Assembly: GCF_009914755.1 (NCBI RefSeq)
Contig: NC_060939.1
Reading direction: 5' to 3' (one strand)
From: the human T2T-CHM13v2.0 reference genome, Homo sapiens
DNA: 64,000 nt
A program made the translations under genes and the position numbers. Below, piece by piece: positions 1-18,799 of the stretch; within the stretch, counting starts at the first letter, position 1; every line of letters starts with the position of its first letter. The notes under the pieces are model-generated. The model was not told where the DNA came from. It was given only the letters and a program-made list of their open reading frames with translations, and did no database searches.

Positions 1-1267
1 CACCTGATATAGTAAGTAGCCCATCAGGTATCCAGCAGTAAAAACTAAATTAGTGGAAGGAAGTCCTGTCCCAACTGGTTTGACATATTGTGGCTGAATT
101 TTTAGGTTTTAGTGAAAATAATAATGATGGCTTGATCTTCAAAGTTGTTTTTTTTTTTTTTACCATTTCCCAAATAGCTGGGGATTATTGTGGTGTAACC
201 ACTTAAAACTCTGATGAAATGTGGAAAGAATTTCTTTTTCTAATTGATACTTTGTGAGTGCAACTACTTTGCATTGTGCAGAGAGAAAAAAATATATTCC
301 AGGCATTCGCCAAATCAAAAGTGCATGAACAAGTCCCTAAATTTCTTCCTGTCCTCAGATTTCCACCATAAAGTTTCAGACCAAATAAAAAATTATTTTT
401 TCACTAATTTTCTTTGAGGAAATGTAAGAGAAAAAAAAGAAAGAAACAAGTGTTTTGAAGGGTAGAATTTTGGCAATTATATGAGATTGTAAAATCCGAA
501 TGTGGATTAGCTTCAACTCATCAAAGATTCAAGAACAGCTACAGTTCTAAGAATGAGCCAAAAAAAAATGGGTATGCATTGAGGGGAGGGAATTAGGAAG
601 GGAATTTATAGCCATTCAGACATTTCCCAACATTAAGCCTTCATGAATTTTGCATTGGAAAGAAATATTTATAAATTAAGAAACTCAGTATCCAGTCCAC
701 CCTGTGATAAATACTGCAATGTGCCCAAGCATTCCAATTTGAGTATGGCTTTGTGCTTTGCCAATCATAACAATGGGAGATAGAAGTAATAAGAGCCTGC
801 ATGAAGCACTGTGCTAATGATAATTTTCCCAGTAAGAACAAAAGAGAGGCCATTACTTTTAAACATCATTGAATATAATCAAACACTGGGTAGGCTTGTC
901 TGTATTTAGATTTTATAACTCTACGGTTATAGCTATAAAGTAAAAAAGACATATTATAAAATTTCTGTCATTAAGAAAAGTATTTATTATTACAAATGTG
1001 AATTTCTCTAGACGGTAAATTCTTTGGAATTAGTTGACTTCATGTAAGTTGATTTGTTCAGTAACACAGAGTAGACTTCTTGTAAATAGGAACAAGTGTG
1101 CATCTGATCAAGATCCACTATTTTCTTATATGTATATCCCTTTTCTGCCTTCCCTCAGAATACTATCTTTCACAAAACAACACACATCTCTTCCACCAAC
1201 TTCTCCCCAGAATATTGCATATTCGATCAGTGTCCACAAATGTTAGATACAGAATGTTAAATTACTA

Positions 1268-1332
1268 TTAGGTTCGCACAAATGTAGTTGTGATTAATGG
1301 CAAAAATCGCAATTATTTTTGCACCAACCTAA
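1268..1332. mobile_element. MADE1 mariner-derived MITE, left arm internally deleted
   Basis: TTAGGTT...TAATGGCAAAAATCGCAATTATTTTTGCACCAACCTAA matches the MADE1 consensus; terminal inverted repeats; TA at 1266-1267 and 1333-1334. Confidence 0.85.
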
Positions 1333-3466
1333 TAGTAACATTGAAACACAATATTAGTTATTCAACATCAGAAAGATCTTCCAGAACAGTCATCACCACA
1401 GATGGGCCAAACTATTATTTGTAGGGCACTGCAGTAAGTTAGAATTTTATCAAATTCATAAATTAATGGATATTTTGTTAAGGGATATGAACAGCCTGTA
1501 GTATAAATTTGAGCTATACATTGTTGGGAGAACAAAATAATAAAACGATATAATAGTAGCAATCAAGTGGTGACCTTTCTGTCACACTTACAATTTTCAA
1601 TGCACTTGTCTACTTATTATTTCATGTGTGGATGGGTTAGCTGAGTGGCGGGGCCATCAGATGTCATATATACAGATGACTCCCTTCTGTACACCATTCT
1701 GCCATTAGTTGATGTATATTTTACTTTTGCTTTTCCCTTCCCATTTCACTACTAGATAAAAATCCTAATCTTGAGTTCTAAATCACACCTAGTTTTACTC
1801 ATGTGTAGTTGTACCTGACAAAGAATTACACTACATAAATTCCATCCATTAGAGGTGTGGCCGAATGGACAGAAAACCATTAACATTGATTACTTCAGTG
1901 CATGTGGGATTGCAAATGCAGATGAGAAGGAGAAGATTTTTATTTTTTCTTTATATAAGTTTACCTTATGTATTCTAATGCAAGGCTCAAGTATCATTTA
2001 TAGTGAAACATTAAAATGTTCTTAAAAGTTCATGTCCTTAATGTTCTGTAAAGGAAGCATAAACTCATTTATTGCAACAAATGCAACAATTTATTTCATT
2101 CCTCAGATTATTGATCCTGATATAAATAAAACTGTTCAGAACTTGCACAGAGATATTTAAACGAACAAAGAAACAAAAAATCTAGGGAAGAAGTGAAGAA
2201 AAGAATGCTTTTTAAATTACTTAATCATTGTTGATGGACTGACAACATCCAACTTACATCTCCTGAATTAAACCTGATATTTTCTTGGAGAGTAGTGAGG
2301 AGTAGTTGAGGGTAGATAGGAAAGAGAGTGTATTTTGAGAAATGTAAAATTTAGAGAAGCTTAATTTAAACACTCCCTGTGTGTCAAAGAGCTATTAAAT
2401 AAAATTTTCATGATTTTAATATAAGTGAATCTGAACTAGCATATGGTCTAAGTTTCTTTTAAGTTGCACATGGATTTAAAATATAGGGGAAAAAGATCAC
2501 TTGGCAAATATGTTTTTGGTTTTGAAAAACTTCCAAATGTTTAAAAAGTACTTTTCAAATCAACCATACCCATATGCATCCAGGTTTTCTCATCCTCACC
2601 AGTGAAGGATAAAAAGAAATAGAATTAAGGCAAAATGGATGGAGAGGTGATACATATGCTGTAAAACTATGTCAGAAATATCAGTTGATTCTTTAGGGAA
2701 TTGGTTAAAAAAATAAATTTAGTCCTTATGACAATTTAACCCAAAGAATCTAACACTTATTCTTAGTGGCTTAGGATCATGGATGATATTAATCTGTCAC
2801 AAGATGATTCTATGACTATTTCCAGAAGTGGAAAAGTGCAGAAATAGAAAATGCATATGATATTGCTATTTTATTTTGTTCCAAGTCTTGTTACTATTGG
2901 TGGAAAACAGTTTTCCAAAGGAATGAACATTTAGATAAATTATGGCATGAAGAATCATTTTCAATCCTTTATGCATAGATGCATTGATAATAACTGAACA
3001 TCTTTGGCATCTGGCTTCCAGATACAGTGACGATTCCTTCAAGACATCTAGAAATTAAATAGATGTGCGTGAACACTTTAAAAAATGTAAATACATTAAA
3101 TGTCAGTTATTTTGAAATAAGTTATTTTTTTAAACAGGAAGCATTTTTAATTAAAAATTAGAAAATAGCTATATTTGGACAATTAGTTACTCAATGTTTT
3201 TTCCAAATAACAGATGAAATATACTTTGATGTTTTTTGTTTTAAATAAATGCAAATATATGGATGCAAAACAAATCAAACATTGCTACAAATGAAATATA
3301 TGTGCTGTCAGTAATTCTCAAACATTGAATAATATTCAGTGAACTTCAACACATACCTTTGGTGGCCCGTTAAAATTCATTATAATGAATTTTGAATTAG
3401 ATTCCAAAATGAACACACTATTTTCTTAGCTTTTAGCGTCTGTCGTTTTTTTCTATATTCATTTTT

Positions 3467-3789
<323 letters not shown>

Positions 3790-3940
3790 TAAGACTAAAC
3801 AATAGTTATGTGACTGAATACAGCTGATCATTTTACCAACTCCTTTCAGCAAATTCATTTTGTCATTTTAATTAAGTTCAAATTTAAGAAGTGAATAAAT
3901 ATAGATACTATAGCACATATATTTCCCAAAACATAATATA

Positions 3941-3943
<3 letters not shown>

Positions 3944-3983
<40 letters not shown>
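3944..3983. repeat. (TG)20 microsatellite
   Basis: Uninterrupted TG run. Confidence 0.97.
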
Positions 3984-3984
<1 letters not shown>

Positions 3985-5161
3985 ATTTGGGAAATAAAAG
4001 AGTATTATATTTTACTCAAACAACATCAAACATGCAGTCAAGTAAGTTTGATGAAGAAGATAATATTTTAGCCTAAGAATGAGAATTCTGTAAGACAATG
4101 TGTTACTTTATAGTATCAGTTATGTGACCCTTCCACACTGATATTTTGGGTGCAATTGCACCCTCTTTGCCATATACTCTTGGGAGAATAGAAGGTTCTT
4201 CACATTTTTCCATTCATTGTAACTTCTCCTGTAGGACAGCCCACAGATACATTTCCTAGACTATATTAAGGAAACAAAAGCAAACAAATATGAGAAAATA
4301 ATAAAGGTAAGTGTCTGGGAGGGTGAGAAATCAAATTCAGTGGGGTTTAAACTATATCTCATACAAGTGTCCCAAAGTTGTGCTTTTGGAGAAATTCACC
4401 TTGGATAGAGACATGGTCAAGTGACCATGTCTCTTTACCTTTACCTTTTTTAAAAAACAATACATAGCTGTATCCTTGGAAGAGAGGCAAGGAGTGCTGT
4501 AGGGTGACTATCTTTGATTTCTGTTGTGGTTCAGAGGAAGTGTAACTTTCTTAAAAGATACCTTGACTTTTGTCACATTTAGCTATTCGTTCCTTTTTAT
4601 TTAGGAAAAAAAGGCTGAGCCTGCTGTGGCTTGGGCTCTTATTATCTTTTCTTGGGCTTCTTGGATCTCATAAATGATAACTCTACTTTTATTGTTGCCT
4701 TCTCCAAAGGAACCTGAATACCAGCATCACCTTCATTTACCCTAAAGCATGATTCTCTGCCTAAGAAAACCCCTATGGTTGACATTTACATTTACTTTAT
4801 ACCTCTCTTAATCTTTTGAGGAATGCCTCTCTACCTATTCTGCATGGTAAAGTTCTAATTAATTACAACTATGAAACAGATATTTCCTTCTTTTCTTATG
4901 TTTCAGATATTGAATTACTTTATTATTGCCAAGCACAATCTGCTTTGCTAAATTATTCAGTATAAGCTTGCTTCTTCCATTAGACTTTGGAATTCCTGAG
5001 ATAAGAAATTACGCTTTATTCTGAAAGTGTGCTTAAATCAATGGAAAGTTGGTTTGTCCAAACTGGATATAGAGGAATAGAGTTATTCTGTACACAGCCA
5101 CTTTTAGTTGCAAGAGCAGCTAGAAATAGGAGTTATGCTACCTTTTCAAAGACATGTCCTC

Positions 5162-5513
5162 AGCCAGGTGCAGTGGCTAGTGCCTGTAATCCCAGCAATT
5201 TGGGAGGCTGAGGCGGGTGGATCATGAGGTCAGGAGATCGAGACCATCCTGGCTAACACGGTGAAACCCAACTCTACTAAAAATAAAAATAAAAATAAAA
5301 ATAAAAATAAAATAAAATAAAATAAAATAAATTAGCTGGGCATGGTGGTGAGTGCCTGTAGTCCCAGCTACTGGGGAGGCTGAGGGGGAGAATGGCTTGA
5401 ACTCAGCAGGCGGAGCTTGCAGTGAGCCGAGATCGCACCACTGCACTCCAGCCTGGGTGACAGAGCAAGACTCTTTCTCAAAAATAAATAAATAAATAAA
5501 TAAACAAAATAAA
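5162..5513 (+). mobile_element. AluY-type element with expanded A-rich linker and (AAAT)n tail
   Basis: GAGATCGAGACCATCCTGGCTAACACGGTGAAACC and GGCGGAGCTTGCAGTGAGCCGAGATC diagnostics; linker 5279-5330 is (AAAAAT/AAAAT)n. Confidence 0.93.
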
Positions 5514-5889
5514 GGTAGGCTATACTAAGTTAAAGATGCTGGCTGTAACCCTAGAGCCATCACAAAATAAAATAAGGTAAAATACAGATACAGTAAATAA
5601 GCCACTAGTGAAGACAAAATAGATACAATGAAATTAGAAAAAAATTAAAATCCTTTAAAAAGCCCCATTTGCCTCGATTTTCCTAATTACACAAAGGAGG
5701 CAAAGTGTGAAAAAGGATAGATCACGTTCCTCTAAGGACCCATGTCAGGTATCTGTGGAATGCAGGCGGTGCAGGAGGGTGGGAATGGGTGGGTGCCCAG
5801 CATTGCTAAAGCTATGGAGTGTCTTCCCATTTTTAAAGAAATCCAGAAGTGCAGATCTATTCATTCAACCATTCATTGATGTAAAATCT

Positions 5890-6347
5890 GGTTTCTAAGG
5901 TGTTCAGTTTGATGACTAATATATGTATACTTTGCCATCAAAATCAAACTCATTCACATTCCCATCATCTCGCAGAGCTGCCCTCTTTCATGTGTGTGGT
6001 GAGAACAATAAGATCTACCTCCTCAGCAAATGTCAAGTATACATCGCAGTGTTGTTAGCTATATTCACAATGTTGAACAGTAGATCTCCAGAACTTATTC
6101 ATCTTGCATAACTGAAATTTTATACCCTTTGACCAACATCTGCCCATCTCTCCTTCCCCCAGCCCCTGGCAACCACTCTATACCCAGCAATCCCATTTCT
6201 TTGGGGATATAGCCAAAAGAAATAAAATCAATATCTGGAAAAGATACCTGCACTGTTATGTCCATTTGGGCATTTTTAACAATAGCCAAGTAATAGAAAC
6301 AACCTAAATGTCTGTCAATGGATAAATGGATAAAGAAATGAAAAAAA

Positions 6348-6382
<35 letters not shown>

Positions 6383-6510
6383 GGGATATTATTTAGCATT
6401 AATGAATAAAAAAAATCCTGCCATTTTTGACAGCATGGATGGACTTGGAGAACATGCTTGGTGAAATAAGCCAAGCACAGAAAGACGAATAACACATTGT
6501 CTCACTTATA
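5890..6510 (-). mobile_element. Old L1MA/L1MB 3' end with inverted 5' segment
   Basis: 5890-6180 is L1 3'UTR on minus; 6181-6510 is the ORF2 end on plus, containing a (CA)n run at 6350-6380. Confidence 0.8.
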
Positions 6511-6690
6511 GGATGACACTGCATTCACGTTTCAGCCACCTCTGCCACACCCACCCATGCAAACACACCCACCCATCTCAGTTCCTGCCCCTGACTGGGG
6601 GACAGGGTGGGCGCTCTCTGGCACATGTTCCACTCATGCTTCTCCACCTCCAGCTATTTTAGGCTCTGACACTGAAAATGAAATTCTTAC

Positions 6691-7758
6691 CAAGACGATA
6701 TGTGTTGTGTTGACATAAAACTGATAGAAAGTGTACCAAAAAACATGGAAGTTTTAAACATAATCCACCAAAAGAACATACTCACAGTCGACGTTTCTTT
6801 CATTATTAAGAATGAATGTCCATAACCCTCACTAAGACAAAAGTCATCCCATTTGTCTACATCTTTTTTCTTTGCAAACACACACTGAATGACTTTGTGT
6901 GACAAGCTGTGAAGTTTTACCAATTCTTCAAACTCTTTGATTTGCATTATGCTGTTTAATCCTGAGAGGCGAGCAGCTGTCGCTGGTAATTCTAAGCCTA
7001 GAATTCCACCACCTAATAGGTGAAAATTATAGTAGGCTGATCATAAAACCATGTTGTTAACTTTTTAAAATTTAATGACTACCAAGGAATTTCACCTTAG
7101 TGATACATCTTTTGAGAGATTAGAAAATGAAGAAATGCACGTGTTCAATGATCCATTTTAGAATTTAAAAAGTCTTTCAAATGAGCATCTTATTCATATA
7201 TTGTGAAGAACCACTGGAAACAGTTATTTAATAATGTGGCTAAACGCGTATTCAGAGTAATGCTTCCTGTATATTTGCACATTTATACACTTATGTCCTG
7301 CTCCTGGAATAGACTTACCAGTTTCCTTTTCAGAAAATTTCAGAATTTCTGGAATGTGCCGAAGTACTAGTGGGTAACTTAGATTTGGAATACACTGTAT
7401 TAGGTGTAACTGGAAAACTGAGAGGCTTCCTACACTGGAAGGTCAAAGATCTTTCCTGGAGGAGAGTTAAGAATTTGCCTTTTCTTACCATGACTCTGTT
7501 AAAAGAGAATATAAACAATGCAGTTTCACAAAAGGAAGGGGACAGTGGTGTAAATAAACCTCCCCATCATGTTCTGGTGGCTTTCCTGTAAGTCTTGAAC
7601 GTTTTCCACTGGGTGTTACAGTCGAGAGGCCCCCACCTCCTGAGGAAGCAAGACCCCGAAACCCCGAGACGATGGGCTGTGCTGCTTTGGCCCCATCTTG
7701 CTTGTGTTGTTTGAAGAGGCCCTGCTGCCACCCAGCTGTCATTAACGCCACCCTCACC
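6691..7758 (-). other. Cluster of candidate spliced exons (probable lncRNA)
   Basis: Minus-strand donors after 7758 (GAG|GTGAGG), 7489 (ATG|GTAAGA), 7319 (CTG|GTAAGT), 6786 (ACT|GTGAGT), 6691 (TTG|GTAAGA); acceptors before 7585, 7434, 7012. Confidence 0.4.
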
Positions 7759-8129
7759 TCCCAGGAACTGCATCACTCGGACGGACAAGACACCTATGTA
7801 ATGACCATAGTAAGACCCCATGTGCGTGGCTAATGAGGCAGTGCCCAACGTGGCGTGGAAGCCCTGCTAGGGAAATCCCGCCCCGCCACCCCAGATGCGC
7901 CACCCCAGACCTGCTCTCGGACCTGCGGCCCCTGGCCCCTGGCCCTTTCCCGTTGTCACCGAGGCTTCTTGCTAAGAAATGGAACTTCAGAAAACCCCCA
8001 AATATATACTGCATTAGGTAAGGGTTTCATTCTAATGGAGTCCCATGTGACCCTGGCTTTCCGTCCGGCAGCAATGCACTCCTGTCTATGAATGAGATGA
8101 AAAGAGTGCCCACAACAAGCCAATTTCTT

Positions 8130-9740
8130 TCAGGAGCGACTAAGACATGCGCATGTCCGGGGGTGCCTCAGAGCACCCGGGAGGGACCCAGGCCTGGGCA
8201 GGGAGAGGGGGCCGGCCCTAGGGGAGCAAAGCTCTTGAAACTGGCCTCTGTTGCCGGGCTCCTGACCCTGCCCTCCCATCCCTGCACTACAAGAGGACAG
8301 CGGCGACTACAGGAGGCGCCGAAGACGCTGCTGAAGGCCCTAAAGAAACTTCAGCAGAACCGGAACTCCCCTTGCAGGTCCAGCCGCGGGCCCTGCGCCC
8401 TCCCGCTCAGCCAAGCGGGGCCGAGGGCGCGTTTGCTGAGTGTCTGGTGGCCTCTACCCAAGCGCCTCTTCAGAGGGCTGTTCCTGCGGCCCAGAGACTG
8501 CTTGAGGCGCTCGGGGAAGGAAAAGCAGGCGCTGGTGCGCCGGGGGCTCTGCTGGGGACGGCGCGGAGCTGACTGAAGGGCCGCTGCGGTAGCGCAGGGC
8601 GCAGGAGCTGCTCCGCCCCGGAGCGCCGGGAAGGTTGGCGCTGGCAGCCTCCAGCCCCTGCCAGCCGGGCGAGAGCAGGCGGAGAAGGAGGATGCACCGT
8701 CACCTATGGCTCGCCTCCACCGGCCGGCACGCAAGGTGAGCTCTGCGTGCGCCCGGCGGGACAGTGAGGTAAAAGGGCGGGAGCGCGGGAGAGGACTCGT
8801 GGCCCCGGCTCAGCCCGCACCCCTCTCCTCTGGGATCCCGAATCGCGGGCTGCGTGGTGGGCCAGGAGAGGTGCAGAGCAGGCGGGGCGCCGCGGCCAGT
8901 CCGGAGCGCAAACTTTCCCTGGCGACTGCAGCGCTGAATCTGGGCGCAGGAGAGCGCGGGGTCCGGGCTGCTCAGCCCTGCCCGGCGGGGTACCTGGGCG
9001 CAGCGCACATGGGTCAGCCGGTAGGAATTGCGGGATGGGGTACACCCAGCGCCACCGTCGGGAGCCGTAGGAGCGAGATGGACCACCTGGAAGGCCCGGG
9101 TCAGCCCTTGGGCTCTGAGGCACGCGGCGTCCCGGCGCTGGTGGCAGGGTGGACTCGGATCCCGCGAGGGTGTCGCGCTAGTCGCGGGGGCTGCTTGAGG
9201 CCGGGGGACTTCGAGCCGCCGCTGCACCACTCGCTCCCAGCCCAGGAGGAAGGCGCCGGCTGGCGTTGCGCTCTGCTCGGACTCAGGGCAGGAGCGGGGG
9301 AGGTCTGCGAAAGCCGGGAGCGAGCCGGGGAGGGCCCGCGAACTGGAGAGGCTCGGCGCGCTGCTGCGGACGCGGCGGATGGCCGACCACGGGTGCCAGG
9401 GGAGGCCCAGGCTGCGGCGCCGCAGGGCACCCCCCGCGCCCACCTGCCCCTGCGCGCCGGCCCTGGCGAGCCTCTGTGGAGGTCAGGGGACCGTAGCCTC
9501 TCCTGGGGTTCCTGCCTAGCGACTGAGGGGCGGCAGGAGGCGCAGCTCCGGTTTTCCGCATGCAGCGCCGCGTGCTCGCCGCCTGGTTTTGTCCGGGTCA
9601 GGCAGACCAGCCCCAGGACGCACCCAGCCGACCCACGCATGGCAACCTGCCCTTCTTGGCAGGAGTCGCAGAGGGCTTTGGCTTCTGAGGTGGAAGTACC
9701 TGTTATGTCTCCTAATTCCGGAGTTTGAGGGGGTTTGGGC
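8130..9740. promoter_or_regulatory. CpG island, probable promoter
   Basis: Very GC- and CpG-rich against AT-rich flanks; GC boxes; NRF1-like TGCGCATG in 8144-8157; plus-strand donor AAG|GTGAGC at 8736. Confidence 0.85.
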
Positions 9741-10216
9741 TGGCGGGGGGCTCATTGGGAAAATGCTTTTCAAAGCATTCTGTTTGGCTGCCGTGAGCAC
9801 CTATTTGCCTTATGTGCATATTGAGAAATGTGTGCTTCTACTAAGGTTAGTCGCTGAGCCCAGGGACAGTGTAGGCCTGGATTTCAAATGCATTAATTAG
9901 GGTCCAGCACCCAGCCTAGAGACTTCCACAAATGCAGTAGTTATTTAGTCACGGGGACTGAATGCGGAGAAAGTAGCCACACCGTTATAGGCAATTGTTA
10001 TACCCTTGTGATCCTGCAGAAAACCTGTTTCTTAAATGTGCTTCCCCCCTCTTTCTTTCTATGTACTTTCAGTGCCTTGCAGAACTAGGAGTAGCGTGCT
10101 GACTTTGAACACGTGGTAGATATTTCAGAAAGGTAAAATTGTTAGGCTTGTGGATTTGACAGATACAAAATACAGTTGCTCAGACAACTAAAGCATTTAT
10201 TTTAATAATTGGACTA

Positions 10217-10629
<413 letters not shown>

Positions 10630-10654
10630 TTAATCTTTTTATGTTTCAACTTAC

Positions 10655-10866
10655 TGCCCGGTGAGCGTGGTGGAAAATTCCTTGCGTGCAGCTGTGCCAG
10701 GGAAGGACAGCCAGCTTCCTTTCTCTAGGTTACAGCAGGGAAGGACAGCCGGCTCCTTTCTCCAGGTCACAGGATCTGCTCTGCTTGGATTTGATACGGT
10801 GGTTAGTGCAGCCCATAGTCCAGTTGCTGCAGCAAAAGTTGCTTGAGTCTTTGATAGGAGAGGACA
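10655..10866 (-). other. Candidate internal exon (212 nt)
   Basis: Acceptor TGTTTCTCATTTCCTGCTTTCAAG| and donor GCA|GTAAGT on minus; non-repetitive interior. Confidence 0.45.
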
Positions 10867-11129
10867 CTTGAAAGCAGGAAATGAGAAACACATTTTGATC
10901 TTTATGTAGGAGCTCATTGTTCCTGACTCTCTCCTGGGATAAAGGACAGGGAAGAGTGGACTTTTTTGCACTTCTAGTTCCTTCTCCCTGTAGCTGTAGT
11001 CGTAGCAAGTAAAGGGGTTGTACTGATGCTTTTTAAGGCATATTATCAACATACAGCCATGACTTGTCCAGAGAATCTCACCTGACAAAAACTCAGAGAA
11101 GAAAGAGAAAGAAGATGAAATGGCTGGTT

Positions 11130-13555
<2,426 letters not shown>

Positions 13556-14320
13556 TATATGGTTTCACTTTGTATTTTGCTGTATTACAAATTTGTCTGT
13601 TATTTTAGATTCATTCAGAACAATATGCTATAATTTCCACACCATGTAAGAAGTAAATCAGACAGGCACTCCCTATTTATTAAAATGTTCATTTGTACAT
13701 TACAGTTAACTGAAATCATATAGGAATCATTAACATTTTTGTTTTCTCAACCTATATCTAAATGATAAATTACAAAAAATTATTTCAAAATATTTGCATT
13801 GTATATAACTCATATTTTACAACATACATGGTTTTACTTTATTTCAAAGTCTAATGCTTTTCTTTGCTTCTAAAGAGTGAATTGCAGCCTTTTTATTTTC
13901 TGTGAAAATAGCATCAATATATTAATAGTAACACATTATCTTTACTGTCTTTACATAATCATTAAAAAAATTTTACTAGAGCATTTTCTTAATGTCTGTA
14001 GTGCATTTTCTGTAAAATTTTACTGCCATACAGTAGACATCAATGATTCCAAGTATGTGCGCTCCATAGGTGCACAATCACAGGTGAACTCGGTAGTTAC
14101 CTAGAAAAAGGTGTTATAATGATATATCAATGTTGCATACAGAATTTTATAGGTAAATGTTTATCTTGTCTTGCAATTCCTAATTACTGTGTTTTTAGTA
14201 AGGATACATTTATAGGCAGTTTATTGTGTTTCTGTTTTACCTATGTATTATAATTTTGAATGACAATTTGCAACTCTGTATATACACTTTAAATCAAGGT
14301 GGGGTTTAATTCAAAGATGA

Positions 14321-17530
<3,210 letters not shown>

Positions 17531-17613
17531 TTGACATAACTTTATACATTAGGTTTCTAACACGTACTCACCTGAATCTAATAAGTGAGGTAATTTATTT
17601 TCCCTTTTCCCAG

Positions 17614-17845
17614 ATGTGTATTCTCATTTTATGGAAGACATGTTGCCAGAGTAAAGCACAATATATTCATCTTGAAATGTAATACTGAGAAGATATGGAA
17701 GTTATGGAAGTTGTGGCCTTCAGAATTGACACTTACGGAGAGACTAGAACAGCGTGGGTGAGTTGTGAGGGGCAGGAAGCATGTCTTAATGGACTTAACC
17801 AATTTTCGTCAACTATTCACAGTAAAATCTTTCAATGTACAAAAT
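17614..17845 (+). pseudogene. KRAB zinc-finger last-exon (spacer) fragment, truncated before the fingers
   Basis: Acceptor TTTTCCCTTTTCCCAG| then VYSHFMEDMLPE*STIYSS*NVILRRYGSYGSCGLQN*HLRRD*NSVGE / EGQEACLNGLNQFSSTIHSKIFQCTK, matching the ZNF91-family spacer; several stops and a frameshift. Confidence 0.85.
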
Positions 17846-18798
17846 TTAGTAATCTGATAAACAATAAACAAAATATTTGAATAGGCATTTTTCATAAGAC
17901 GTACAAAGGGCAGACAGGCATACGAAAAGGTGCTCAACATTTTTGATCATCAGACAAATGCAAATCAAAACTACAATGAGATATTATGTGACTCAGTTAA
18001 ATGGCTTATATCCAAAAGGTAGGCAGTAACAAATGCTGGAGAGAAGTGGAGAAAGGGAGCCCTTGTATGCTGTTGACAGGAATGTAACATTTTGAAAATT
18101 CTTCAAAACAACTAAAAATAAAGCTACCATATAATTCAGGAATGCCACTCCTGAGGATTCACTTACTAGAAAGGAAATCCATACATTGAAGAGATATCTA
18201 CCCTCCCATGTTTGTTACAGCAGTGTGCTCCAGCCAATATTTGGAAGTAACCTGATGTCCATCAAGAAATGACTGGATAAAGAAAACATGGCACATATAC
18301 ACAATGGAATACTATTTAGCCATAAAAAATAAGATCCTATTATTTGCAACAACATTGATGGAACCATAGATTAAGTGAAATAAGCCAGGCACAGAAAAAC
18401 AAACTTTCCATGTTCTCACTTATTTGTCGGAGCTAAAAATCAAAACAATATAACTCATGTAGGTAGAGGTAGTTGCCAGAGGCTGGGAAGGGCAGTGGGG
18501 AATGTAGGGGACGGTAGGGATGGTTAATGAGTACAAAAAAAAAGAAAGAATTAGTAAGACCTAGTGTTTGATAGTACATCTGGGTGACTATAGTCAATAA
18601 TAATTTTAATTGTACATTTTATAATAACGAAAAAAGTAAAATTAGATTGGTTGTAACACAAAGAATAAATGCCTGAGGGGATGATGGATACCCCATTTTC
18701 CATGATGTGATTATTGCTTTCTATGCCTGTATTAAAGTATCTCATATATCACATCAATATATCTCCAACTAAGTACCCACAAAAATAAAAAATTTAAA
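17846..18798 (+). mobile_element. L1MA-type 3' end
   Basis: ORF2 end (CAAATGCAAATCAAAACTACAATGAGATA) and 3'UTR ending GTACCCACAAAAATAAAAAAT. Confidence 0.88.
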
Positions 18799-18799
18799 C

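Noticed and set aside
1-3400. Short ORFs at 641-853, 1034-1246 and 1368-1562
   Set aside because: AT-rich with no recognisable homology or exon structure
8088-9900. Long overlapping ORFs (340, 247, 179, 162 aa)
   Set aside because: Expected in GC-rich, stop-poor DNA; Arg/Gly/Pro/Ala-rich on both strands with no domain
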